Position numbers and translations under genes: made by a program
The notes under the pieces: generated by a model
Database searches by the model: none
The model's input: the letters and a program-made list of their open reading frames with translations, nothing else
What the model was told of the DNA's origin: nothing
NCBI RefSeq assembly: GCF_000143415.4
Contig: NW_003314276.1
Coordinates: 2,293,072 to 2,357,071 of the forward strand
Source of the DNA: Selaginella moellendorffii
Taxonomy: Eukaryota > Plantae > Lycopodiophyta
Direction: 5' to 3'
DNA: 64,000 nucleotides
Shown here: one piece after another, positions 1 to 14,074 of the stretch
How the letters are laid out: every line of letters starts with the position of its first letter
How positions within the stretch are numbered: the first letter of the stretch is position 1

Positions 1-3000
1 CTTGTATTTCAGCCAATTCTTCAGCCAATACACAAAAAACCTAATCAAGTTTACAGGAAAAGCTAAAGATGAAGATTATATCACAATTAAGGATGATATT
101 GAAATGCTTGAAAAAAGTGATGCTTTATTTGTGGAGCTTCAAAACATCACTTGTCTGGATAGTGGTTAGAATATACTACCTTTGGAGAACTTTGACATTA
201 TATGGATGGTTCCACCAAAGGGATTTTGAAGAATGTATAAAATATTCTACATATATTGGATAGATCTAATATAAAAGTTGCATTGTATAACATTTTATTG
301 CTTCAAAACTCATAATTATATATTACCCAAGTTCATCAATAACTCATGCAACTATTCCAGATTAAAATATGATTTTGGCATGAAACTCTCCTACCATTGT
401 TGATCTTGGAAATGAAGTTCATTATTGGAATAATTTGTTTATTTAGATATAAATAATCTCTTCAAGCTAAAACTCTAGTAAATCTATTACAAAATGGTGT
501 AACTTGGATTTTTATTCTTTATTCAATTTTGTAAAGTGAGGAAAAAGTGGATTATATATATAAGGTTTGTAAATTATCAAAGGCATACCTTAAAAAATCT
601 CTACAAACCACTATTGTTTAGAGAACAATAATACATTTCCATCCTCATGAAGTGTTGGAAACCTTCTTGCAAGACATCCCCAACTAATTGCAGCTCTAAG
701 AGAAGCCTATAGTAGACCACAATTGCTTTACACTTCATTACCATAATTGTTACTAAGATCCTCTAGAATTGTTTCCATAACCTAGTGAATATGAGTGATT
801 ATTGGGTTCTCCAATATCTCTTTCACCACCTCCTTCCTTTTATTTACAATTTAGAGACCCACATTAGTTTGTAACATATTCACTTTATCCCAAATTTGAG
901 AAACACATGACTTCAAGTCTCTTTAAAAAAGGCTATCTCATGATAGCTTTTTATCACCTAGATCTAAGATTTCCTCTACAACCATGGCTATTGTAGCTAT
1001 GTTACATAAACAAGAAACTTGTGACTGTGCTTTAAAACACTAGAACAACAACTAGCCAATTAATATATTCTATAAAAATGGATAATTAGAACAACTCAAA
1101 ATATTCAACTGGTAATTCATGTCTTTCTCCTATCAGCTTATTGTTAAGTAATTTGATATAGGAGTTTTTCTAGATGCCAATATAAAGCACCCTCAACAAA
1201 CATATAGACTTGATTTGTGTGGAAAATAAAACATTTGAATACATAGCAAATAAAATTGGATGTTACTTACATTTCTTGCTATTTTTCATAATATCTTGCA
1301 TAATGCATTCTTTTGTAGATCTCTAGCATCAATGATCTCATTTCCCACACCATTTACCCCACTAATATCACATTCATACTTCACTTGGAACCAGGGAATA
1401 TGATAATCTAGTTTAAAAAGAGGCTCTACGTATAAGAATTCATTATTTACAACTATTTATAAGACAAAAGACTTTTAATTGAGGCTAGAAGTATACAAAG
1501 CATGTACCATCACCAACTTTAGCTTTAGTTTCTAAGTATAGATGAAATATTATATGCTCTACCAAGAAACATGAGAATTGATTATATTTTGTTTTTATAA
1601 CTTTGAAAAACCTTTGAAGTTTGTTTTTGGTGTCTTATTGTCTTTCTAGGTACTAGTGTTTTATAATCTTTAGAAAATGCATTGCCACTCTTGCTAATAT
1701 TGCATTTTATTTCTGTTTAGGATCTGATGTAGAAAGGAGTTCCCTACTACTATCTTCACCATATCCTATTCCTCTACATTTCCCATCTTAGAACGACTAA
1801 GGATTTTTATCTTCAACTATGTTACCATGACTATCATGTTGTCATCTATAACCTTGAGTTCAAAATTTAAAATTCAAAATTTTTAATAATATTCTTTAAT
1901 AGACACATATAAAAGAGTTTTTATCTAAGGTTTTTGAAATTTAAATAAAGAATTTTATACTTAATATAAGGGAAAAAAAAAGTTTAAATCACACACATTC
2001 TATCACAAATCAAAATACTTGAGATCTTCCCAGCAAGTGAGCCTCTTCTTAGATATTAGAGTGTTGCATCTTGCCTAACTAACAAGTGATCAAAGATGCC
2101 CTAGAGTTTAACCAAACACAAATTGAAAACGTGTGTGCCATGCAATAGTTGCAAAGAAAGACAAGTAGTAGAAACAAGCATAGCTAAGTTTGGTTTGATG
2201 ATTTTGGGCTAATTGATGCAAGGCATTTTCACTAAGCCAAGGACAATGCCAAGAAAGCATCCATTGATGTTGAAAGTTTTAGAAGGCAAGAAGATTAAGT
2301 AAGACATGAGTAAAATGTCCTTATGAAAGCAAGTAGAGAAGGACAAAGGCATAAGCAAGTTGCCTAAGTTAAAATAAGTTTTTTGAATTTCAAGGAGGAT
2401 GAGGAGGATATAAAGTCAATGAGATGAAAATACCTAGTGATATAACTTGGAGATTATATCTGAAACTTTGTAAATTGCAATAGGAATAAGTATTAGATAT
2501 TTCTTTTTTGTTGCTGGTTGTTTGAAGAACAATCTAGGTTTTTCTTTCACTCTTTTTTCCTTACACAAGCTATTTATTATGTTCTACCAATTCAGTGGTT
2601 TACTGGAGGATGAAGTTAACTGCACAAAAATTTCAAGTTGCCAAGTAGGAAACTTGCTTTTTAATTGTCACTAGATTCTCAATGATTATAATATGCTACT
2701 ATGGACTGTGCAAGCACCAAGGAGAGATCCCTAGGTTACTTCTCCAGATAAGTAAGCTAACTCTCATTCAAGCATATTGATATAAAAAACTATCCAAAAG
2801 TAGAGGATGAAGTTAGACAATCTTTAGAGAGGCCTTTGTGGTTGTAAAACAATGAGAAGTGATAATTAGAAGATTTGGCTTGGGAATCCTCCCTTAAGGA
2901 ACCTCTCAACTTTCAACCTCTCAACCTTTCACTTTTGCAAGGTGTTGAGAAGCCCAATAAAATTAGTGTACTGTTGGAAGCTAGCACTTCCAAAAAATCT

Positions 3001-3750
3001 ATTCATTAGCATTATCGAGGCATTGGTGTGGCAAATGCATTAAGCTATGACTGGGAAAAAAAGATAAGTGTTGTGAGCAAGAAATATGAAAAACTAACGA
3101 CTCACATACATCCTTCTGGGACTTAAAGTTGCTATATTAGTGTAAGTATAATTGTGTTATATGGGCTTAAAGAAGAACATTGTCTAGGAGTATGCGAGTT
3201 GATGCATGTGTTAGCACTCATTAAGGGATTTGAGTTGTAGTCTATTGCCTTTGTTATTTTTCTTGTTTTTATTACATTTTCTAGCATTGATCATGTTGGA
3301 TTGGTGTGAAGGTAAAGCTTTAGCTATAAGAAAGATAAGAATGGGATATAGAATGCATATGAGTGAGAGTGTTCTTGATGATCATTTTCTCAACTTGCTT
3401 GTGTGTTATAGGCATGATGGGAATTAAATTGGTAGAGCATTATTCACATTGAATAGCCACAAAATATTAAGCTCCCTTTTTGGGTTTCCTTTCTTCTCAT
3501 AGTTTTTCAGTATACGTAGCTGAAATAAAAAAATGAAAAGTAGATCATATAGGGCTAAGATCACTTGGCATTACTATAGCATATTCCAAGCCAATCAATT
3601 GTTAGAACAACTGCATAAAATGGATGGAAGGTTGTTGCATGTTTATAATGGTGGGATGAAAATGTAATTGCCATATTTCAAATCCAATATAAATAATTAC
3701 TCTAACCTTAAAGTTTAGGAAGTATATATAATAAGCTTCCAAATTAACAA
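1..3750. mobile_element. Heavily degenerated AT-rich transposon-like DNA (probable old LTR-retrotransposon remnants)
   Basis: No credible ORFs and strongly CpG-depleted. The minus strand near 1345-1380 reads YECDISGVNGVG, resembling the RNase H ECDASGxGIG motif. Family not assignable. Confidence 0.35.
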
Positions 3751-4648
3751 TAAAATAAAATAAAATATAATAAGAATTTTATATTTTAATATAATTAATT
3801 AATTAATTAATTAATTATTATAATTACAAATTAAGTAAAAATTTCCACTTTATTTTTTAGTACAAAATAAATTCACAACTAAAAAAAGAAATATAACTCA
3901 TTAAAAAACTATAAAAAATAAATTTACTAAAAAATCATGTAAAAGAGAATAGAAAGCTATTATTTATATATATATATAACCAACCAAGGGAATGACTTAA
4001 AGGACAATCAATAAAAGTTCAATAAAGTGAAAAAACCCAAGAATAAGAGTGCACTATTTTTTAATTAATTAAAAGTTTTGGAATACTTGGGAAACCGTCC
4101 TTGGATTTGAATAATACTAGGTTGAGTAACATTAGTCAAAACTTAGTCACTTACATTTAGTATTAAAGGGGTCTCAAGTCCAACTCCTATTGGTTAGGTA
4201 GGAGAATTACATTAACATGTTGAGATTGACATTTGGTAAGTTTAGTTTACCTTTAATTGGGCTCGACTTGAGGGGTAAAAGTGCCAGCTTTAACTACATG
4301 ATCAATGTCAATCAAAGGGAAATTCAAGGGTATATTAAAGCATATTAGTGTAAGGAACTTAACCTACCCTAGAGCTCATAATGGAACGGTATTGCAATGG
4401 AGCTTTTGAGGTAGTTCGAAAGTGGTTGGGTGGTGAAGAACTTCAAAAGAAGGCATAATATAATTTAAGGAAATTAGATCTTTATCTTTTCATACCATTA
4501 TAACATTGATATTAGAGGCAATCTAGTTTATCTGTAGCTGAGCTTGATTCAAGGGGTAAGAGCAATCAAAAAGAATGACTCAAGAGGTAGTCTATAAAGG
4601 TTAGATTTGACTTGAGGGGTTGCCTTTAACTTTTATTAGTTGGCTAGA

Positions 4649-5569
4649 TGTTGCAAATGTGACTTCGGGTATTGAAAGATACTTGTCGGCCAGTCCTTAC
4701 GGGCACTCTTTTCTTACTGCCACGACAGCAGGAGGTCGGTACTGCTGGTTCCCTTTATCAGCCCCTCTTGTCCAAGTGTTAGTAAACTGGACTTAGCATT
4801 TATACTTGGCCGGATGAGCATAAGGAAGGAATTCCTAAGTGTCTATTTAGCCAAGTATACTTAGCCCGGCTTGTTAGTTCTTTTTTGCTCTGTCTTGCAC
4901 TGGCTTGGCAAGAACCCTCGCGTATTAAGACTAATCCCTCAATATCACCGGATGATATCTTATTGTGTCTGCCAAACACCTTCGCTATCACGCCCTTTGT
5001 GTTAGTCTCATTTCGGTCCCAAATGCTATTTATGAAAAGTGTCTAGATTCGCTCATTTGGCATATCTATGGAATGTAGAGGTTGGCTTGAACACAATGGT
5101 GTTCATCCCGTATCCAAATTCACAATCTAGTGCCATTCCATATTTAGTAAGTTTTGAGCTTATCCCAGAGACTAACTCCTGGTACTAAAGGAGGCTTGGG
5201 GTGAAAGCCCAAAGCGTGTGTTCCTTAGGAGGGGGGGGCGGGGGGGGGGGGGTGCTATGTATAGTAGGGATAGTGGTTGGAATGCATGTCCGACCACCTG
5301 AGACATTATTTTGGCTCCCGCTAGGTTGTGTTACTCCTTATTCTACGTTCGGCTTGGGTCTAAGCCCAAGCTCCATGCTGCTTTAGTCAGTGGGGTACCC
5401 TCCTCCTCACGTTAGGCCACCGGTATGCCAAAATTGTGCCAGACTCCGTCTGACACCATTTTGCGTGCAGGTGCTGGATACGGGGAGCTGGTGCTCGTGG
5501 GATTGTACCGGACCCTCGTTTCGTAGTGCAACGGGCTTGGAGTTTGGCTCCAAATTTAGGTGCACTATA
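4649..5569 (+). repeat. 5' LTR (~920 bp)
   Basis: Starts TGTTGCAAATGTGACTTCGGG and is collinear with 10868-11783. The terminal CA is mutated to TA. Confidence 0.95.
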
Positions 5570-5571
5570 TT

Positions 5572-5582
5572 TGGTATCAGAG
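5572..5582 (+). promoter_or_regulatory. Primer-binding site (tRNA-iMet)
   Basis: TGGTATCAGAG, 2 nt after the 5' LTR. Confidence 0.93.
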
Positions 5583-5739
5583 GAATTGTCTCAGTGATTC
5601 ATATCCAACTTTTGTTAGATTTTCTGACTCAAGTTGCATACGCAGAGACTTTTCTAGTAGATCCAAAGTGACCTGTGTAAGATTAGTTGGATTGCACCAT
5701 TCGGTAAGAACGTTGTATACATGTTCAGTTACTAATAGA

Positions 5740-8700
5740 GGCATGCATGCAGTTAATGAGATGGTGAAATGGAACCGTACTGATGACGCTGAAACCTCTA
5801 GACAGGTGAATCGAGAGGAGGAAACTCCTGCTAGAGAAGCTGCGGAAGAGGCTGAGGCCGAGTCAGAAGAGGAAGAGCCAGATGCTGCAGCGTTGGAGTG
5901 TACGGCTCAGGAAGTCAAGATCGAGAATTTGCAAAGGGAGATTCGCAAATTGAAGAAGGAGAACAAGAAGAGGAAGAAAGAGACTGCTAAGCAACCGGAC
6001 TCCTCTTCAAGTTCTGAGGACGATGAAGTTCTGCAGCCGCCCCTAGTTGCACGAGTTTCAAAGTTCAAGCCTCCGAAACCACCCAATTTCAAAGGCATGC
6101 GGGACTATCAGGTTTTGGAAGACTGGGTTTACGATATGGAAAATTATTTTATAGCGGCAAACGTAGATGATCGTACGAAAGTTGCATACACGCAATCCTT
6201 TCTCACCGATCATGCCAAAACTTGGTGGCGCTAGATGTGTGCTGAAAAAGGGCAGACTAGAAGTTGGACCAAGATGCAGTCTTGTATCCGTAAGGAATAC
6301 TTGCTGGATGATCTTGGTCTAAGACTTCGCACGGAGTTGCGACGGTTAAAGCAGCGAGGGGACCTTATGCATTACATTAATGCGTTTTCTCATAAGCGCA
6401 TTATGATTGCAAATATAAGTGACAAAGATGCTCGGAGTTATTTTCTGGAGGGTTTAAGTTCATTTTCTCGCAATGAGATTTTGAAGTTTAAGCCGAAAAC
6501 ATATCTGGAGTGTAAGGAGGCAGCACAGCAAGTTGCCTTTAGTCACTCGCTCATGGAACAATATCAGCAACCAAAGGGTGGAAAGCATGTATCGCCTTGG
6601 GGGCTCACAAGCTACGGTTAACAAAGGTGGTGGTGGTTGGAGACCACCAGCAGCTTCTTCTGGTCCTAGGCCCTCTGTTCCTCCTCTTGGTGGGTACAAG
6701 CAGCAGCAACTTGCAAAACCTACTCCTAGTGGAATGGGTAGTGTGGGTCATTGCTTCCATTGTGGAGAGTTAGGACATAGGTCCTTGGAATGTCCCAACA
6801 AGCATAAGACAAGGTCTCAGGTTAATGTCATGAGGGAAGACGGTGGTGGTGAAGCTGAAGGGGTTGACGAGTTGGTCAATGCAAACTATGAGGAAGAAGA
6901 GGTGAGTAACTTTCATCACTTTCTTCAAGCTTTTCTTGCAGTCAATGCAAACACTGATCCGTTGATGTATTTGGTAGGGTTTGTCTGTGGATACCGAATC
7001 CGAGTGATGATTGACACGGGAGCTACGCACAGTTTGATATCCGAAGACTTAGTTAAGTTGTTAGGATTGAATGCTGAGCAAATATCGCCTATGCACTTCT
7101 GGTTTGCAGAAGGTGTTCCAATAAAGATATCCAAGTGGAAAGAAAGAGTGGACTTGGTAGTGTTGAAGATATCAGATTTTCAGATGGTGTTTAGTATAGA
7201 ATTCTTCAACAAATATGTAAAAGGGATTTATGGTGCTGGACAAAGTCATATCACATTGAAGTCAGAAGGATGTCCTGATGTGTCCTTCTAGTTGCAAAAG
7301 CGCTCCTCAAAGGATTGGGATGCTAAGTTCCTGACTGCAAGAGCCACTCAAGAAGCAGCTAAGAAGGGATGTCAGACCTTTTGGGTTCAAGTGATGGAAG
7401 CTGAAGGTATTGGTGACTCAGTTTGAATTGGTGACGGGGTTGATTCTATACCAAAGAAGATATTGGAGTTGTTAGCGAGGAATCAGGATATCTTCCCGAA
7501 GGATTTGCCACTGGGGCTACCTCCTAGCCGTGAGGTTGATCATCAGATTGAGGTTATTCCGGGTTCTAAACCACTTATGAAGGCTCTATATCGATTGAAC
7601 ATCAAGGAGATGGCTGAACTCAAGAAGCAACTCACAGAGCTTCTTGACAAAGGTTATATCCGACTAAGTAAGTCACCTTATGGAGCGTCGATCCTTTTTG
7701 TTATGAAAAAGGATGGAACCATGAGGATGTGTATTGACTATCAGGCACTCAACAAGATTACGGTTAAAAACAGTTATCTTTTGCCATGCATTGATGACTT
7801 GTTTGACCAACTCTTAAAGGCTAAGTATTTTATGCGACTTGATTTGCGATCCGGATATCATCAGATACGGGTGGCGAATCAAGATGTGGAGAAGACAGCC
7901 TTTAAAACTCGGTACGGATCTTATGAGTTCCTTGTCATGTTGTTCGGGTTATGCAATGCTCCAGCAACGTTCAGCACTATGATGGATAGAATATTCGGAG
8001 ATTATTTGGACGCATTTGTTATCCTATATATCGATGATGTTCTAATCTTTAGTGAAACGTTGGAGGATCATTTGAAACACTTGGAGCTGGTGTTTCAGAA
8101 GTTGCGCGAACACAAACTGTATGCTAAGGAAAGTAAATGCACTTTTGGTCAATTGCGCGTAAAGTTTCTCGGACATATAGTTGGTGGTGGCGTGATTGAG
8201 GTCGATCCAAAGAAGGTGGAAGCGGTGAAGTCCTAGGAAGTCTTGACCATTGTATCAAATGTTCGTTCCTTTCTCGGTTTGGTGGGATACTATTGCAAGT
8301 TTGTCTGCAATTTTGCAAGAATTGCTCTTCTGTTGACTGAGTTGACGAAGAGTAGTATTCCGTTTCATTGGACACCAGCTTGTCAGTGTGCTTTTGCATG
8401 GTTGAAGGAGATCTTGACTACAGTTCCTGTTCTCAGGATCCCAGATCTTGATAAACCCTTCGAAGTGCATTGTGATGCGTCTGGCTATGCTATCGGTGCC
8501 ATATTGCAGCAAGATTGTGACAAAGCAGTTGGTGTTACACTAAGGCGACATGGTTGTCTCATTGCATTCTATTCCAAAAAATTGGATGAAACTCAATGAA
8601 AATGGCCAACGCATGGGAAAGAGATGTTTGCTATAGTGTCAGTCCTGGAACACTGGAGACACTACTTGGGTAGACATACCAAGGTTTATACGGATAGTAA

Positions 8701-10352
8701 CACACTGAGCTACTTTGCTATGCAGCCTAAGCTTACGCCAAAGCAGGCTCGTTGGCAAGAGAAGCTTGCTAGATATGATATTGAAATCATATATAAACCT
8801 AGTAAAGACAATATTGTCCCGGATGCATTGAGTCGCCAGGCTCAGTTCCGGGCAATATCAGCAATCAGTTCAGACTAATTAGAGGACATTCAGGCTTCAT
8901 ATGGAAGTGATCCATTGGCGAAGGCAATCTTATGCCGTGCGGGGTTGCTAAAGCAGAGCCCTGGTAGCAAAGCAGCAAAAGTTGCAAGTCACACTAATGC
9001 AAAGCTTCACTTCTCAATTTGGGATGGGCTTATATTCTATAAGCAAGAAAGATTGTATCTTCCCTCTAAGGATCTGCAGCAGTTATTTCTGCAGGAACAT
9101 CATGATTTTCCAGTAGCGGGACATGGTGGGAAGCAAAAGACTCTGGCTTCATTGAAAAAGGGATTTTTCTGGTCTGGTATGGAAGGTGATGTAGCGAACT
9201 ATATCCGTTCCTGCCCTATATGCCAGTAATGTAAGTGCAAAACTAAGAAGCAGGCTGGAAAGTTGTAATGCATTCCAGCACTGGCATGGCCATTTCAGAG
9301 TGTAACACTTAATTTCATCACTTCCTTGCCAAAGTCTAAGGGTTATGATACTTTGATGGTGGTTGTGGATCGGTTGTCAAAGATTGCACACTTCATTCCA
9401 ACTGTGGGAACAGTAAATGCAAAACAAGCAGCAAAGCTCTTTTTCCATGAAGTAATGCGGGTTCGTGGTCTTCCTGAAGAGATGATCTCGGATAGAGATT
9501 CGAGGTTTACGGGGAAATTTTGGGGCACACTGTTCCAGCTGTTTGGTACCATGTTGAAATTTAGTACGGCTTATCATCCTCAAATCGATGGGCAGACCGA
9601 ATGCGTGAATGCTCAAGTTGAGGATTATCTGTAGTACTATGTTGCAGCGGACCAACGCGACTAGGTTGAGCATTTGGATACAGCAAAAATTTGTTATAAC
9701 AACACATTTCACAGCACTATTGGTTGTTCTCCATGGGAGATGCTGCAAGGAAATGCTCGCGGAGTGCCTTAACAAATTGTTGTACCGAAACCAATATCCA
9801 AAGTGTTGGTCCCGGCCGTTGAGACTATGCCAAGGTTGGTCTAGAGCTATTGAGGCGATGGGCAAAGCTCAAGATAGGTATCGACGTGATAAGGATCAAC
9901 ATTGTCGGGATGTATCCTATCAAGTGGGAGATCCTATATGGCTATCTTCCCGAAACTTGAACATTAAGAGATCTTTGTCTCGGAAGTTGTTACCGAGATA
10001 TGTTGGACCCTATCGGGTGTTGAGGCGCATTGGTAATATATCCTATCAGTTGGATCTTCCTGCAGAGATGTCCAATATTCATAATGTATTTCATGCCAAT
10101 CTCTTGGCTCCATACACTATGGATGATGCATGTCAAGTGGAGATTAGTCCACCACTAGTAGTTGTGGATGGTGAACCTGAATATGAAGTGGAAGCTATTT
10201 TGGGTACACGTTGGCTTAAACGTGCCAAATGTCGAGAGTATCCAGTTAAGTGGAAAGGTTACCCATCTTGTGAATCAACTTGGGAGCCTCTTAGGAATCT
10301 TACCTATGCTCATAAGCTTGTCACGGAGTATGAGAATCATAATAAAGATTAG
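5740..10352 (+). pseudogene. gag-pol polyprotein with multiple stops and frameshifts
   Basis: Retrotrans_gag-like region, CCHC knuckle (CFHCGELGHRSLEC), protease (IDTGATHS), RT (LDLRSGYHQ, YIDD), RNase H (CDASGYAIG), integrase (GHGG...CPICQ, SDRDSRF), and a C-terminal chromodomain (EYEVEAIL...VKWKGY...STWEP). Confidence 0.96.
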
Positions 10353-10850
10353 CTTTTGTAAAAATCTTGTAATAAATCTTGCAAATTAATAAAGTAATAT
10401 ATTTCTATAAATCAAAGTGTCGTTTCTCTTTAGGTTAATTTTGGCAGGCTGACTTCGGCACTTCGGTGCATGGGTCCAATCCATAACCATGGGGATAACT
10501 ATTATAGACTGATCACAAGTCCTTGCTTCTCTCTTGATGCCTCACTTTCGGAAAAGGGGTATGGTCGTGTAAACAACTTAATCTGCCTGCGGGCAGGGAT
10601 ATATCATTCCTTTGTAAGCCGAGTGGTACTTGGAGCAGCAAGGGTGGCTAGCTCTGTTAGTCATTTCCTTGTCGGCGATGGCCGGAGGGTGTCTGAGTCT
10701 TAACATCTTTGGACGTAGAGGAGAGGTCGTTCCATCACTCATTTAAGTCGGTGTGTTCCCTATATAGTGTGCTTTCCATTAACTTTCGGAGTTGTTTCCT
10801 TGACAGTTTCCTAGACTCGGGTATGCATCGATGAGGACGTCGATCTTCCC

Positions 10851-10867
10851 CAAGGGGGGGGGGAGAG
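10851..10867 (+). other. Polypurine tract
   Basis: A purine-only aagg...gggagag run immediately precedes the 3' LTR TG. Confidence 0.9.
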
Positions 10868-11783
10868 TGTCGCGAATGTGACTTCGGGTATTGAAAGATA
10901 CTTGTCAGCCAATCCTTATGGGCACTCTTTCCTTACTGCCATGACGGCAGGAGGTCGGTACTACTAGTTCCCTTTATTAGCCCCTCTTGTCCAAATGTTA
11001 GTAAACTGAACTTAGCATCTGTATTTGGCCAGATGAGCATAAGGAAGGAATTCCTAAGTGTCTATTTAGCCAAGTATACTTGGCCCAGTTTGTTAGTTCC
11101 CTTTTGCTCTGTCTTGCACTGGCTTGGCAAGAACCCTCGCGTATTAAGACTAATCCCTCAATATCACCGGATGATATCTTATTGTGTCTGCCAAACACCC
11201 TCGCTATCACGCCCTTTATGTTAGTCTCATTTCGGTCCCAAATGCTATTTATGGAAAGTGTCTAGATTCACTCATTTGGCATATCTATGGAATGTAAAGG
11301 TTGGGTTGAACATAATGGTGTTCATCCTGTGTCCAAATTCGCAATCTAACGCCATTCCATATTTAGTAAGTTTCGAGCTTGTCCTAGAGACTAACTCCTG
11401 GTACTAAGGGAGGTTTGGGGTGAAAGCCCAAAGTATGTGTTCCTTAAGGGGGGGGGGATATGGGGGGTTCCAAATGTATAGTAGGGATAGTGGTTGGAAT
11501 GCATGTTCGACCACCTAAGATATTAGTTTGGCTCCCACTAGGCTGTGTCGTTCCTTGTTCTACGTTTGGCTTGGGTCTAAGCCTAAGCTCCACACTGCTT
11601 TAGTCGATGGGGTACCCTCCTCGCGTTAGGCCACCGGTATGCTAAAATTGTGCCAGACTCCGTCTGACACCATTTTGCGTGCAGGTGCTGGATACAGAGA
11701 GCTGGTGCTCGTGGGATTGTATCGAACCCTCGTTTCGTAGTGCAACGAGCTTGGAATTCGGCTCCAAATTCACGTGCGCTACA
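10868..11783 (+). repeat. 3' LTR (~915 bp)
   Basis: TG...CA termini, homologous to the 5' LTR, and followed by the TSD CTAGA. Confidence 0.95.
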
Positions 11784-14074
11784 CTAGAGGAATTATATTA
11801 ACATGTTGAGATTAATATTTAGTAAGTCTAGTTTACCTTTGGTTGGGCTCGACCCAAAGGGTAAGGGCAATCAAAAGGAATGACTCGAATAGGAGTTTAA
11901 ATATAAAAAAAAACCCATAAATAAAAATGCACCCTATTTTCTAATCAATTAAGGGTGTTAGGATACATGGGGTTAAGTGTCTTTGAGTTTGAATAGTATT
12001 GAGTTGGGTGACCTCTCGAGAAGTCTAAACTTAATCTCTTACAATAGACAAGTAGATAATAAAAAATAAATGGTACTAAAGCAGTGGGATTAAATAGTTT
12101 TAATATAGGGTTGGCTCTACTTGGCCTTCTTGGTTGGGTGGCAAAGAAAAAGATGGTGGCCCCATTGGCTTTGATAGTGGATGGTTAAAAGGTGTAAATA
12201 ACTAAAAAGGATAATTTAAGACATGGTTCATTTAAGTTTAAATATAGAGGGAACAGGGTTATGGGCCAATAAAAGGTGTAAATAACTAAAAAGAATACTT
12301 TAAGAAATAGTCTATTTAGCCTATGAATAATACATATATCAATTTGTAAGGAAGCATGATCTATAAGCAATAGAATACTCCATATTTCAATTGGTGAAGG
12401 GTTTTGGGATAAATGGAGTTAAATATATTTTTAATATTAGGTTTAGTGATTTCTTGGGAATATTAAATTTAAGAGCTTATAAATATGATAATGGGATGAG
12501 ATTTAAATATTTTTTTATTATGAATCCATATGGGGATAAATAGGGATAAAATAGCCATTAAAAACTTTCAATTACCCCAGCTTAAAGGGATATACAAAAC
12601 TTCTATGGTTTTTCTATAGTAATTTACTTTAGGATATAATGTACTACATTTGGTATCAAAGAGATAAAATATGTTATAACTTAGTTGTAAACTTAGTCAT
12701 AAATATTTTAGTCATATTTAGTCATGCTTGTGGAGGTCAGCTCTATGAAGAGAGTAGTGCTTTGCTAGTAGTTCCATTATTAGTGGTGAAGTCTATATTT
12801 TGCAAAACAAAAGTGACTTGAATAGTATGAAATCAATAAAGAAAGTTTTGTAATAAAATTTTTATATACTACCTTTTAGTATATATGCTGAACTTCATAT
12901 TAGATTGTTAGTTTCTATGACTTGTGTTTGGAAAAATTATTGAAGGTATGTAATTCAATCCATACTTTACACTTGCCGAGATTGATATAGTATTATGTAT
13001 CTTATGTTGAGATAGAAATGTAGTCATGGTCTGTTATAATTTTGTTTCCTATTGTTCTTAAAGCAAACTTAATATACTTTGAGTCAAAACTCTTATATTG
13101 GTGGAGAATTTAGAATTCAACTAAATACAATTTGAAATGGGGAAAAACTAAAAATATGCCAGATGGATAATGGCCATTTAACTTCCCAAGTGCTCTTCTA
13201 ATGATTAAAGTCACTATAGGTAGTGTTGTTGTAATATAGTCTTTGACTTTGTTACATCTGCTAATGCATATTGCATTGACAAGTCTAAGTGTAACATATA
13301 TTGTTCATTCAGTTTATATTAGTATAATGATTCACAATTGTTGCTATATCACTTATAAGGTAAAATGTTATTCAACTATAGCAAAATTAAATATTTTCTT
13401 CCTATAATCAAGTTTAAATCAAAGCATTAATTTGGATGTTTAAACTAAAACTTTTAACCAATTGAAAAACCACTTTATCTTCAAATTTGAACTATGATCT
13501 TTTATTGCTAATTATTAATAAACAATTATATAATTTATCAAAAAATAATGCCAAGTTATTTTCAGAAATTTCATAAAGTGAACATTTATAAATCATTAAT
13601 AAACATTTTTATATTACTATCAATTGATAATGGCTACTGATCAGAAGTTGGCTTAGTGTTAACATTAAGTTTGATTTTCAAGTCACTTAAACTACTTGGT
13701 TCTACTTTTGGTCATCCTATTATGCTTTGAGCTGTTTACCAAATTATATGGCAATTATATTTAGATATCTCTTGATTTTCTTAAAAACAAATTCCACATA
13801 CTTCATATTATTTTAAAATATGAGTTAATAAAATTAATAATATAGTAAATAATATATACAATTTTATTTTCATATGACTCATAAATGCTCGATATTCAAT
13901 ATATAGAATTTAATCTGATAGAATCAGGATCTTGATTACATTTTATTCTATATGTAATTTTGTAAGAATTGAAAATATTCTTTAAACATGGAAGATATCA
14001 ATATTCTTAGTTTTATTTAAAAATTATACTATAAATAATAATATCTTATAATTTAGAGTTCTATTTTCGATATC

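Larger units (their letters stand above)
4649..11783 (+). mobile_element. Full-length, decayed Ty3/gypsy chromovirus LTR retrotransposon (Galadriel-like)
   Basis: Paired LTRs, 5-bp TSD CTAGA (4644-4648 and 11784-11788), tRNA-iMet PBS, PPT, and gag-PR-RT-RH-INT-chromodomain order. Confidence 0.97.
3975..12700 (+). mobile_element. Older degenerate LTR remnant interrupted by the chromovirus
   Basis: Related sub-repeats lie on both sides of the insertion (attaacatgttgagatt...ggctcgac at ~4210-4270 and ~11797-11852). An LTR-like end (actaca, 12648) is followed by a PBS-like tggtatcaaag at 12651-12661. Confidence 0.6.

Noticed and set aside
4800-5671. Short ORFs repeated at 10998-11265 and 59121-59411
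   Set aside because: They lie within LTRs, so their recurrence reflects LTR homology.
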